DNA of 62,731 nucleotides, filler included, from Bonamia ostreae (Eukaryota): NCBI GenBank assembly GCA_040357525.1. It is 7 parts of 7 records of this genome, joined end to end, with 100 filler letters (N's around TTAATTAATTAA, not from the genome) between each part and the next. Parts side by side here need not be neighbours in the genome. Positions count along the whole stretch, not along the records: positions 36,135 to 44,941 come from JBDODL010000050.1; positions 45,042 to 53,838 come from JBDODL010000051.1; 5 more parts are not named here. One strand, 5' to 3'. Shown piece by piece: positions 36,696 to 48,000 of this stretch (position 1 is its first letter; each line of letters starts with the position of its first letter). The notes under the pieces were generated by a model. It saw only the letters and a program-made list of their open reading frames with translations, ran no database searches and was not told where the DNA came from. The position numbers and the translations under genes were made by a program.

Positions 36696-39291
36696 ATGTC
36701 TAAGAACAGCTCGAACAAGTGCGTTAAGTGCGAAAAAACGGCTTATCCGACTGAAATAATGACAATCGACAAACAAGTTTATCATCGCTGGTGTTTCAAG
36801 TGCGCTCATTGCAAGTGCAAACTCTCCATTAACAACTACGCCATGATCAATTCTGTTGCATATTGTTTTCACCATTAATTCACCTCAAATCAGGCAAAAC
36901 CCATTTCACCCAACTCTTCAAAAGTTCGGGGGGCAAATACGAATTCAGCCAAAACGAAAAAACCGCTAAACCGGCAACCGAGCCCGGAAACGAACAGAAG
37001 AGAACAAGCTCTGCTTCAGTGCACAAAGAGAGCGGGGAAAAGAAGAGATTGCTGCACAAGAAACGGAAAACTCGAGAAAGACTAAAATCGCTCAACAAAA
37101 AGCCAATCGAATCGCAACAAACAAGCGATTCCAAAAAGTCTTTTATCGAATCACGACTAAAAGCGATCGGCGGGAAAAACGCCATTCCGTTCGGCGTGAT
37201 GCCTTCTGTCAAACAATCGCAAAAAAACAAGATTGTTTTCGAGAAAAACAGCGACGACCGTTTAAAGAGATTTATCACTTTTTCTGTCAAAATTAGAAAC
37301 GCCAAAAATTAAAATTCGACACAAAAATTTTGCAAAAGGTGAAAAGAGCGGCGAGATAGAACATCTAAATTTGAGCCGACCGGTTTCGTCGAAAAAGAAA
37401 AAATCCGTTATTTCGAAAAAAGATATTATGTCGATTCTTTCTAACGAAGACCAAAACTCAAATAACAATTTTTCAGACAAAATGTACCGAGACTTTAATT
37501 TTAAGTCTTTCGATCAAAAAACCAAAACAAATGAGGAGCCAAAGCAGTCAGCAAAAACAAAACCGAAAAACAAAAGTGAATTGTCCGAAAATTTGAACAA
37601 GAAAATGGAAAAATTTAGTAATAATAAAAAGTCCGATAATTTGAACAAGAAAAACGATGATAAAAAGTCCGATAATTTCAACAAGAAAATGGAAAAATTT
37701 AGTAATAATAAAAAGTCCGATAATTTGAACAAGANNNNNNNNNNNNNNNNNNNNNNNNNNNNNNNNNNNNNNNNNNNNNNNNNNNNNNNNNNNNNNNNNN
37801 NNNNNNNNNNNNNNNNNNNNNNNNNNNNNNNNNNAAAACGATGGTAAAAAGTCCGATAATTTCAACAAGAAAATGGAAAAATTTAGTAATAACAAAAAGT
37901 CCGATAATTTGAACAAGAAAAGAGATGATAAAAAACCCAATAATTTGAACAAGAAAATGGAAAAATTTAGTAATAATAAAATGTCCTATAATTTGAACAA
38001 AAAAACCGATGACAAAAAGTTTGGAATTGCAGATAAATCGAAAGTTAAAGTTATTATATTAAAATCTGATAACAAATATAAAGTCCGGGATGGTAGACGA
38101 TATAGAGCTTAAAGATTCGGGAAAAGAAAAAAAGCACAAGAAGAAGAGACGCAAAAAGCACGCAGATTTGAACAAAGACGATTTACAAGAAAGCGGGTCG
38201 GCCAAAAACGAGAAGAAGAAGAAAAGAAGAAAAAAACCAAAAGAAAAGTTTATAAATCATTTAATAGTTGCACAAAGTGCTCATGTATTGTTCGAGATGG
38301 CGAGATCTTATATTCGGACAAAAAACCTTTTTGCAAAGCTTGTGTGGACAACTTCGGAATTGTCGTCGACGAGGAAAAGCCGAAGAAGAAGACGAAGAGT
38401 CTTTGCGTCGCCTGCGAAGAGAAGCCGGAGAGCAAGATGGTGTATTGCGAAAAATGCGATGGCGAGCGCAGCAAAAAGATTTCCGAAGCAGACGATCTGA
38501 AGATGGAGATCGATGATCTAAAAAAACGAACAGAAGATTACAAGAGCGAACTAGAAGAAAACAAGAAGAAGCTTGCTATCGAAGTAGGCAAAGCCAAAAC
38601 TTTAAATGAGAAGAATCTAGAAGAACTGCGCAAAATTAGGAGCGACAAAGACAACCGCGACAAAGAGGCGAAACGGGTTTCAGCTAAAAACTCGGAACTT
38701 GTGAAAAGGCTGACCAAAACAGAAAAAGAAAAATCACAACTCGAAACAGAAATACAGACAATCAAACAAAATAGCGAAAGTGCCGGGGGTAACGCAAAAG
38801 AAAACGAAAAAATAAAATCTCGGCTCAAAGCAATCGAGAAGGAACTCGAAAATGCCAAAACGGCAACGGAAAACGAGACCAAAAAGAACAGAGCTCTCGG
38901 AAAAGAACTCGAAGCCGCCAACGCAAAAAGCGAAAAGAGCGACAAAGCGCTCAAGGAAGCCAACCAAAAACTACAAGATGCTTTGAAGGAAACCGCAGAA
39001 TGCAACAAAGCCCTTGAGTTGGTCATGAAGGACTTTGATAAGAACAGCTCTGAAGCCAAAAGGGCGAAGGAACTGGTTCTGAAGGACTTGAAGGAGATTC
39101 AAAATAAACTCGCAGAAGAACAGAAGAGGAGGTTCGAAGAGCTGGAGAAGAAGGAAATCAAAATCAACGAACTCACTACGGAAAACAAGCGACTGGAATC
39201 TGAACTTGAAGCGGCGAGGTTGTCTGACGACTCCTCCTCCGAGAGCTACTACTCTGAATATTCGGGGAGCAGTGATGACGATAGCGAATAA
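36696..39291 (+). CDS. LIM-domain protein with low-complexity repeats, a second Cys cluster and a long coiled coil
   Basis: CVKCEKTAY...YHRWCFKCAHCKCKL...YC/KTHF LIM; CTKC...FCKAC; 315-aa heptad-rich last exon; could be two genes. Confidence 0.7.
37590..38015 (+). repeat. 84-bp in-frame repeat (NKKMEKFSNNKKSDNLNKKNDDKKSDNF) spanning a gap
   Basis: Direct tandem copies on both sides of the N run. Confidence 0.85.
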
Positions 39292-39532
39292 ACTTGATTA
39301 CAACTTTTGATTTCCAAAACTTAAAATATTGCAAAATTTCTATCGACTAATAACAACAGCTTAATTTATCGCAGTTTGATTAAAGAATAACGGTAATACG
39401 CAACAAGCCACATTAGATGACGGTCTAAAAAACCAGGTTTAGTTTTAGAGTAGCCGGTTAAGGTTTTTTGGTATAAATGTTCTAGAACAGTGCGAAAGCT
39501 TAACTATACAGGCAAATTTAGTATCTCTAAAA

Positions 39533-39958
39533 ATGAGCAGCAACGTGTGCTATGATTTCAGAGACAACGGCGAATGCCGCTTTGGCGATAATTGTCGTTT
39601 CAGCCACGACGAAACGGGCGATTCCGGCAGAGGCGGCGGGTACAAGTCTGACTACCGCCGAAGCAGGAACAACGTTTGCTTCTCCTACAGAGATAACGGC
39701 AATTGTGACAGAGGCGACTCTTGTCGTTTCGAGCACGCTGACAACGACGGCGACTATTCGGGCGAGTCCGGTCGCTATTCTTCCAAAAGGTCCGGCACGT
39801 GCTACAGCTACCGAGACAATGGCAGTTGTCGATTCGGCGACACTTGCAGATTTTCTCACGAGGAGGAAGCAGGCGGCTCGGGCAGGAATCAGTGCAGGGA
39901 CTACGCCAATGGAAATTGCAGATACGCGGAAGAATGCAAGTACAGCCATGACGAATAA
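39533..39958 (+). CDS. Small intronless protein with four CCCH zinc fingers and Gly/Ser/Tyr/Arg linkers
   Basis: CYDFRDNGECRFGDNCRFSH and three similar C-x5-C-x3-H fingers. Confidence 0.9.
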   Translation: MSSNVCYDFRDNGECRFGDNCRFSHDETGDSGRGGGYKSDYRRSRNNVCFSYRDNGNCDRGDSCRFEHADNDGDYSGESGRYSSKRSGTCYSYRDNGSCRFGDTCRFSHEEEAGGSGRNQCRDYANGNCRYAEECKYSHDE

Positions 39959-40118
39959 ATGGGGAGATTAAATTCTTGACCGATATCAATTCTTTTTCAC
40001 AACTTGATCTTTAAATTCTTCGATCATCTTTGACCGTCTTAAATTTTTAAGACAATTTGAAATGTTTTTTAGGAACATTTATTTTTCGCGATTAAATGTT
40101 AATAAAGTCAATTTATTT

Positions 40119-40390
40119 TTTTGGAATGACGGTCTAACTGGTAGCTCAGGGCTATGTCGATCGTCTGGCCGTGTGTTCAAGTCCTAGATTTGGCATTTCC
40201 TCAACCTCTACAATTGACGCCGAGGCATTTCTCTGTACAATCCGATGTACCTCGTCCGGCGTCCTATGGTCGACGATCAGATATTTTCTTGAGTTACATT
40301 CCAGAACAGTAAAAAAGTTCGAACAGTTCAGTGTCTTGAGCGATCAGTTTCAGTCATTGAACAGGAGACATGAACGAAGTTCTATATTTT
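40119..40390 (+). ncRNA. Structured ncRNA, telomerase-RNA-like architecture
   Basis: Long G-U-rich closing helix (40119-40173 with 40265-40306), hairpin 40174-40195, single-stranded CCTCAACCTC, stem 40216-40263, 3' hairpin 40326-40375, TTTT. Confidence 0.45.
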
Positions 40391-40624
40391 AATAGGCTAG
40401 TTTTATTTTACTCTCTAGATATTTGTGTTTAGGTAATAATTTCTCAACAATTTGTTGTAATATGGTTGTTTCGTTTAGAGAGCTTTATTTCTCTCTTGCT
40501 GAGGTTTTTGTTTAGTCAAGTTCAGTGTTTCTATCCTTGGTGCTTTAATTTACACATTTTTGCTGTGAAATAATCGTTTCAACGCATTTTAGTAAAGAAG
40601 AGAAGCATGAGGAAAATTTATTCG

Positions 40625-40857
40625 AGAATTCATCTCTATCTTGACCCCTCGGAGCTCAATGCCATTTTCGGGAAGGGAAATCTCTAAATGCCACTTAAAT
40701 TATAATTTAGTTGTGTTGAGAGTGGCATGAGCACCGTGTGCTCAACCGGAGCCTCTCGCAAGTAGCATTATACCAGTCACGATTGTACTGGAGCAACGAG
40801 ACCATTAGTTGGAGGACCATTTAATAGCCAATGAGTTATTTAGCAGTGTAAAATTCT
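40625..40857 (+). ncRNA. Structured ncRNA, RNase MRP/RNase P-like architecture
   Basis: P1/P2/P3-like helices, GGAAATCTC after P3, GAGAG then hairpin GAGCAC-CGT-GTGCTC, AGGACCAT (AGnnnnAU), CCAATGAGTTA, downstream T9. Confidence 0.45.
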
Positions 40858-41117
40858 TTAATATTAGTTGTCACCAGAACTTTTTTTTTATTTTTACATT
40901 TTTTATCTTTTCCTTCACCTTTTTATGATTTATAAATGAAAAAAGTGATAAGTGTATTCAATTTAATCAAGTTCTTCAAGAATGTAACTCTCTTTATCTA
41001 TGTTTTGATATGGATGACACTCAATTATACAAAAGTTGTGAAGTAGAAATTCAAATTAAATTTAATTAAAACACAAATGGACAGTAAAAGTGATTTAATT
41101 GGATATAATAGCTCCAT

Positions 41118-42346
41118 TCAATCATCAATAAAATATAAATGAGATATTATTCTTTCTTTTAAAACTCTTAAAATGGAAATAATTGACACGCATATGACCA
41201 AGATTGCACCTATTCTATAATAATCATCTCCAAAAAAATTATCACTAGTAACCAAAAAATTATCATTATAAAAATATTTATAACTATTATCAGGATCTTT
41301 TTTTTTTAATCTGGTCACTAGTTCTAACGGAGCCTCCATTGTTGCTGTTGTAACCACAAAGAAAAAAGAAAAATAAATCGTGTGGATGCGCGGTTAGATG
41401 AAGTATCTGCTTCATCCCATATATTTAAAAGCAAATATTCAAAGGTATTATTGTTATAGTCGATATTATCAAAACAATTGAATCAACAATAAACTTGCAA
41501 AAATTAAGACATGAAAATTTTCTGGATCAATATATTAAGATGCAGAGGGCATAATTGGAAGCGTTAAGTCACCTTTAAATATGCAGCAGATCACAAAACC
41601 ATGACTAGCGCATTGGGAGTTTCGAGAAATGCACTAAAAATGAATACAGAGTTTTGGCCTCTTCGCTAGTCTTAAAAAATTGCTACTTAAAAATTAAAGT
41701 TTTTATCTAACCTGGAGAATGAAGAATGAAAACTTGTTCATCTTCTATAAAACTGTTGAACAAATTTTGTAATGTCATAAAACAACAAATCGACGTTGTT
41801 AAAGAAATTATGCTAGAAACAATTCGCGACGATTCTATAATTAAATATAGGTCATAGACAATGTTATCAAAACCAGTCAAGCAAAGACTCTTTCTTTTGG
41901 AATATCTCCTGTCGAAAGTTTAATGACATATAATACTAAGTCTGATTGAAAATCAAGCCTTATTTTTCTGGTGACTATCTCAAATCTAATTTTAGATGTA
42001 CCTTCCTTTAAAGAGATTAAAGCGCGATTTAAAATGGAAAAAACAAAAAACTCTTCCAAATGCCACATCTAAGGAACTTCAGAGAATGGGGTTTTGATGA
42101 AAGAAAGGATAGATTACATTAACGAAATACGAAGATTAGTCGAAAACATAACTAGATCCTTTGTTTATATAAATGAGGTTTTTTACATCCAGTTAGCAAG
42201 TTAAAATTGAATAATGCCTCACCGTTAATCTCAACGAGGCAGTAATTATTTATTTTTAACTTATCGGAATTTATGTTTATTTCAAGGTTTAAACAATCGC
42301 GGTAAGAGTTGAACAGATTCAACGTGCGAGACTGACCATTATTCAT
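41118..42346 (-). CDS. Multi-exon hypothetical protein with C-terminal TM; boundaries uncertain
   Basis: Successive short minus-strand ORFs separated by probable tiny introns; IGAILVICVSIISIL. Confidence 0.35.
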
Positions 42347-42922
42347 TAATGAAATTCAGTTTTTCCGATGCAAAAATCTGCTTTACTTCTATTTGTCGAT
42401 GTTCATATTTAATTTCTCAGGTTTATCATTTTAGTGACGTTCTTATGAATCTAGTGCAGTACATAACTAGTGACGTTCTTATCACGGATCAATCTAGTCT
42501 TAGTTGAAACACTTTCTTAACACTAATTTTTTATACAAAGCACACATCTCTTCATTTACAGCTTAAACATACTATTCAAAACTAACAAATATTAATTTGT
42601 CAAAGAGTGTTTGCCAAAGATCTCACGTTATATTTTTTATCAAGTACATTTTATTTTGTTTTATACTTCAAAGCGTTTATCTTTGTTTTGTTATAATAAA
42701 ATCGCTTATTGTTATACAGATTTTTTAAACAAGAAACAAAAAGGTTCTTGGATGAGTTGTTACGGAAACGGATTCACAAATTGGTAGATTACGCGCAAAG
42801 ATTTGGGAAGAGAGATTAATAGCGGAAAGACAAAATCAGAAACGTTAAACATTGCGTTGCCATTTTAAAATATTAATAAAGAACATCAATTAAAAATATT
42901 TTGAACATAGCTGCCATTTTAT

Positions 42923-43305
42923 TTATATGTTCCGCATCGAGACGGTTTCAACTAGTTGCACTTTGTCTTTGGCGGCGGTCTTTATCTTTTCCTCAACTTC
43001 ATCCATAGAAACGTTGTTTGCGATGATGCTCGAAACTCGAAGTTTCTGCCAATCAAAATTGAAACCTTGACACCAAAGGCCAAATCCATTGCTTCGAAGT
43101 TTTTCCACTCCACGCCATCCATCACGACTGTTTTTACAACTTTTTCAAGAAAATCTGGGTTTGTTTCAGCCTCTTCAGGCAAAACGTCGAACACAACTTG
43201 AGCGCGTGTGCCCAAAGAGGTGTCTGCTTTGTTTTTCTTCTTCAGCGACTCCAAATCAACGCTGTCCGATGGCTCGCTTATGTCAAAGTCGTCTTCTGAA
43301 GTCAT
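42923..43305 (-). CDS. EEF1B: Translation elongation factor 1-beta (GEF domain)
   Basis: VVFDVLPEEAETN...VVMDGVEW...LAFGVK / 20-nt intron / KLRV...VQLVETVSMRNI. Confidence 0.8.
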
Positions 43306-43376
43306 GAGAAGGTTTTGCTTTAAAATTTAGCTTTTGTTAGCTCAAACCGAGTTTATAATTATATAAGTTGAACGTA

Positions 43377-44941
43377 ATGATCGAGAGCACGAACAAGAAG
43401 GAGGACGGGCGGCTTGTTTTGGAAAAGATGACTTTATTCAATTTCAAATCTTATAAAGGATCAATCGAGATCGGCCCCTTCCACAAAGTTTTATCTGAGT
43501 CACGGCTCATAAAGAGATTTACTTCGGTTGTTGGGCCCAACGGGAGCGGCAAGAGTAACATCATAGACGCGCTTTTGTTCGTTTTCGGGCGTCGCTCAAG
43601 CGACATCCGGTTCAAGCGCATCACAGATCTGATCTATAAATCGCCCGAAGACAAGTCCGAAAGCAGTTGTCGCGTCACGATTCACTTTTGTTCCGTGGTA
43701 GACAGGGACAACTTGAGAGCAGACGGAGCTCCTTCCAACGATGAGTTTCTGGTTGTGGAGAACAGCGCTTTCACCGTGAGTAGAGAAGTGACTTCTTCGG
43801 GCGCTTCCAAGTACAGAGTCGACGAGAAGACCGTCGCGTTTAGAGACATCTGCGCCCTTCTGAAGACCAAAGGCATTGACCTGCGCAACAACAGGTTCCT
43901 GATTCTGCAAGGCGAGGTCGAGTCGATTGCGCAGATGAAGCCAGTGGGCGCCTCCGAAGGGGAGACCGGCCTCCTCGAGTACCTCGAGGAGATAATCGGC
44001 TCGAACCGCTTCGTCCCGAAGATCGAAAACGCCCTGGGGAGAGTCGAAGAGTTTGCAGAGCAGCGGCAAGAAAGCTTCAGCCGCGTCAAACTCGTCGAAC
44101 GCGAGAAGGAGTCGATGGAGGTTCGCCTTCTGACTTATAGGGCTCGCGGAAAGAAGCGATGCGGTATCTGTCTAAGGAGTGGGAATATCTAGAGAAGAAC
44201 ATCCGTCTTCAGCTTGTGCACTCCTTTTATCTGCAGAAAGGACTGAAGACGATCATCGCGAACGAAGAGCGACTGCGGGCGCAGGAGAAAACCGAACGAG
44301 AAGAACTCGGTTCCGAAACTCATTTTTAGAGAAGGCGGAGACCGACCTCGAGAAAAGAGCGACCGCGTTCGGAGAAGAACAGCGCGTTTTCGAGGTTTTG
44401 CACACCAACCAACGCAGGAGATCGACGCGCGGTGCCGCAGAATCGCGGCCGAATTCAGCGCCCTCGAGGAACAAGACGCCTCGCTCAACGTGAACATCGC
44501 GTACCAGACGAAGAGACTGAAGCGGTTCGAAGCGAGACTCGCCGCCGAAGCCGCCAAAGCAGAGCAGGCGGAGGAGAACGCCAACGTCTCCAGAGTCGAG
44601 ATCCCCAAACTGGAGAAACAGCTCGCACACCTCGAAAAGTTGCGGGCTGAGGCCAACAGAAACTTGGATTCCATCTGCGAAACAGTGCACGTTTTCTTTC
44701 CTCACTCAAGCGGAACACCGCCGAACTGCGGACAGAGTTGGAGGCGAAGGAGACGGAGCTGATTCCTTTCAAGAAGGCTGTCGACAGCGCCAGACAGCGC
44801 GTCGCGGCGCTGGCCGGCGAGCTGGCCGCCGTTGAAGAGCGGGCGAAGGCAGACGGAGAAAGCGCCCGAAAAACGAGCGCAGAGATCGCGGAGGCGAAGG
44901 CGAAAGCCAAGAAAGAGTTTTCTTCCTAACCGGAAGCGAAG
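43377..44941 (+). CDS. SMC4: Condensin subunit SMC4, 3' truncated
   Basis: RLVLEKMTLFNFKSY, IGPFHK/RFTSVVGPNGSGKSNIIDALLFVFG, GIDLRNNRFLILQGEVESIAQMKP, GLLEYLEEIIG. Confidence 0.95.
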
Positions 44942-45041
44942 NNNNNNNNNNNNNNNNNNNNNNNNNNNNNNNNNNNNNNNNNNNNTTAATTAATTAANNN
45001 NNNNNNNNNNNNNNNNNNNNNNNNNNNNNNNNNNNNNNNNN

Positions 45042-48000
45042 CTATCGGCACCAAAGGCGCATCACATTTAACTAAAATTTTGTTAAAGAACTGCAAGATA
45101 ATTGATTTTTTGAAGGCACTGCGTTCCCTTCGCATTTTCTACACAACATGTCTTTTGCGAGATATATTTTGCTAATTTCGCATTTCCCGCATTTTGCACC
45201 CATTTCGATAATATAGTTGTCTCCGTCGCACAAATCTAAAATAAATGATTTTACCGCATCCAGTTTTATCGTTGTTCGGAACATAATTTTCGCCGCATGC
45301 AACACAATTTCGGTCAAACAAATTTCTGTATTCGTTTGGAGCACACACTCCGCAAATTTTTCCGTATTCAATGGGATATGTGCCGATTTCGCAAATTTCT
45401 AGTTTTTGTATATAAAAATTTTAAACCGCAAAATTTATTATTTTCAGACGGAATTGACTCGTTGTCACAAATACTACATGAGCGCTTTTCTGAATAATAA
45501 ACAAATCCGTCTTGGCATTTGCCGCAAATTTCTCCTTCTAAAATAGGATACTCTCCATTTTCACATAAGTCTTAAATTTAAATAACTATCGAAACCACAT
45601 GTTCCCAAAGTATTGGGGTTGCTAGGAACTGAATCGACATCACAAACTTCGCATGATCGAATGTCCTTAATATAAACATATTTGGCTGGACATGTACCAC
45701 AAACTTGTCCCAAGTTAATTGGATACTTCCCGTTTTCACAAATTTCTTTTTATAAAATAAAAAACTGCAATCTGTTTGTTCCTCGTTTGGTACTGTAAGC
45801 GAAGGACATAAAAGACATTGCGAATACTTCACATCATAATATGTGCTTTCATTACATATTCCGCATTCAATTCCGCCATTTATAGATAATTTGCCTTCTG
45901 GACAGTATTCTTTGTATGTTAAATTAATTTTAATTAGAATATCGAACTGCAATCATTTTGATCTTTTGAAGGAAACGAATTTATTCCGCATTTTTCACAG
46001 AAATGAGTCGATAAATTTAAAATTGTATTCACGGAACAAACTCCACAAACAGTTCCACCTAAAATCGAATATGAGTTTTCATCGCATTTAACTTTTCGTT
46101 TTCGCGACATATAAGTTTAGAACATAAAAACTGCATGATTTTCCATTTTCACTCGGAACATGATTTATGGGACATTTTTCACATAAACGACTAGTTTCGT
46201 TGTACATTGTGTCAACGTCGCATTTCCCGCAACTGATTCCAACATTTATTGGGTAAAAGTCATTTGGGCACTTCTCGCAAGCAGTAAAATTGTGGTTTGG
46301 AATTGAATCAGCGCTGCATTCTGCACATTGTAGGATCGAAGTATCAAAGAAACTGTTCGAGGCACATTTCGAGCATTCATTATTGCCTCCAACAATAAAG
46401 GTGTTTTCGGGACAATCTTCTATAAATAAAAAGAAAAACGACAATAATTGTAAGCAATGTTAGAAGAATAGACAAGTTGCAAGTCAGAACATTGTCTGCA
46501 AGTTTTATCCTTGTTGTCGTAAAACAAATTGGGAGGGCATTTTCCACATTTTGATCCTCCTTCAATTGGGTAGTAGTCGTCCTCGCAAGTTTCTTATTTT
46601 AACATTTTAAAAACGACATCCGTGTTGATCGATATCTGGGATTTCATTGTCACCACAAATTTTACATATTTTTTCAATGTTTTTATATATGCTATTTGAT
46701 GGGCAAACAGAACAGGTAAGCCCTCCAGCAACTGGATAAGTGTTTTCGGGACAATTTTCTAGCGTATTATAAACAAAAAATTACCGCAGGACATTTGATC
46801 TACAGAAGGTATTGTTGTACCTGTGCAAGGTTTACATATTCTATATTGTTTGTTGTAATGTAGGGAAGGAGCACATCTTCCGCAAATGTAGCCTCCTTGG
46901 ACGGGATATTCATCACTGTTACATGAATCTTTAATTTTTGCAAAAATAACAGCAGAAAAGTTGGTTTTCTGAAGGAACAGCATTGTTTTCGCATTTTCTG
47001 CATCTTTTGGCAAAGGAATCTCTGTATAGCGTCGACAAACATTTGCCACATTTCGTGCCAGAATCGATAGGATATTTATCGCTTGGACAGGTTTCTAAAA
47101 ACTTGACAAAATTTACCGCAACTGCTTTTTTCTTGATTTGGGATGGCGTTTTCTGGACAATCCGCGCAAATTTTTTCTGCTGCTGAATATATCTGCCCGT
47201 TTGGACAATGGCCGCATTTGATGCCACCATTTATCGGCACTTTTCCAAAATTGCACTTTTCTTTAAATTATTATATCTTTTGATAAACCACAGCTATTTT
47301 TGTGTTTATCGGCAATTGATAACTCGCCGCAGAGAATACATTCTCTCAAAAACTCACTGTAAATGTACAGAGATCCACATTGTCCACACATAGCACCCTT
47401 CTCAACCGGATAAAGACCAACATCACAACTTTCTAATTTTGAGTAAGTGTAAAAAGTTATATTTTGAGTTAGATCTTCAAAGAAAATAATAAACCACAAC
47501 TTTTTTGATCGTCGACTGGAACTCTATTCAGGTCACAAAGTGAACATTTTAACAGAACAGAATCATAAAATGTCTCTGGAGAACAGACAGAACATGTTGT
47601 GCCTTCTTCGATTGGGTAAGTATCTTTATTACATGTCTCTTTTATTTTCAAATTAAAAAACGACATCCGAGTAAATTTTCATTTGGTACTGAGTCAAAAG
47701 CACATTCTTTGCATTCTCTATTTTCAACATCATAAAAATGATGTTTTGGGCAAGGAGAACATACAAAATTATCCTTTATCTGGAAAGTGTTCTCGGGGCA
47801 TTCTTGACAACCTGTTTGATCGGGTGTTGGAACTGTCGACTTCTCGCATTGTTCACAATGGTAATTAAAGACGTTATAGAAAAGTGACTTTGGGCATTTC
47901 CCGCAGAGAACACCTCCTTCTATTGGATATTCACCGTCTAAACATTTGTTGCATTGATCTCCCCTTTTATTCGGAACAAACCCGATTCCACAGAACCTAC

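Noticed and set aside
40216-40265. HDV-like ribozyme (7-bp G-started helix, CCTCG)
   Set aside because: No GG after the P1 3' strand, and L3/P3 do not fit the consensus
40171-40392. 73-aa GTG-started ORF over the structured region
   Set aside because: Non-ATG start, no protein motif; the extensive base-pairing explains the region better
43596-44910. Long antisense and overlapping ORFs over SMC4, CAS, the PHD gene and the coiled-coil exon
   Set aside because: Shadow ORFs from GC-rich or low-complexity coding sequence; no independent motifs
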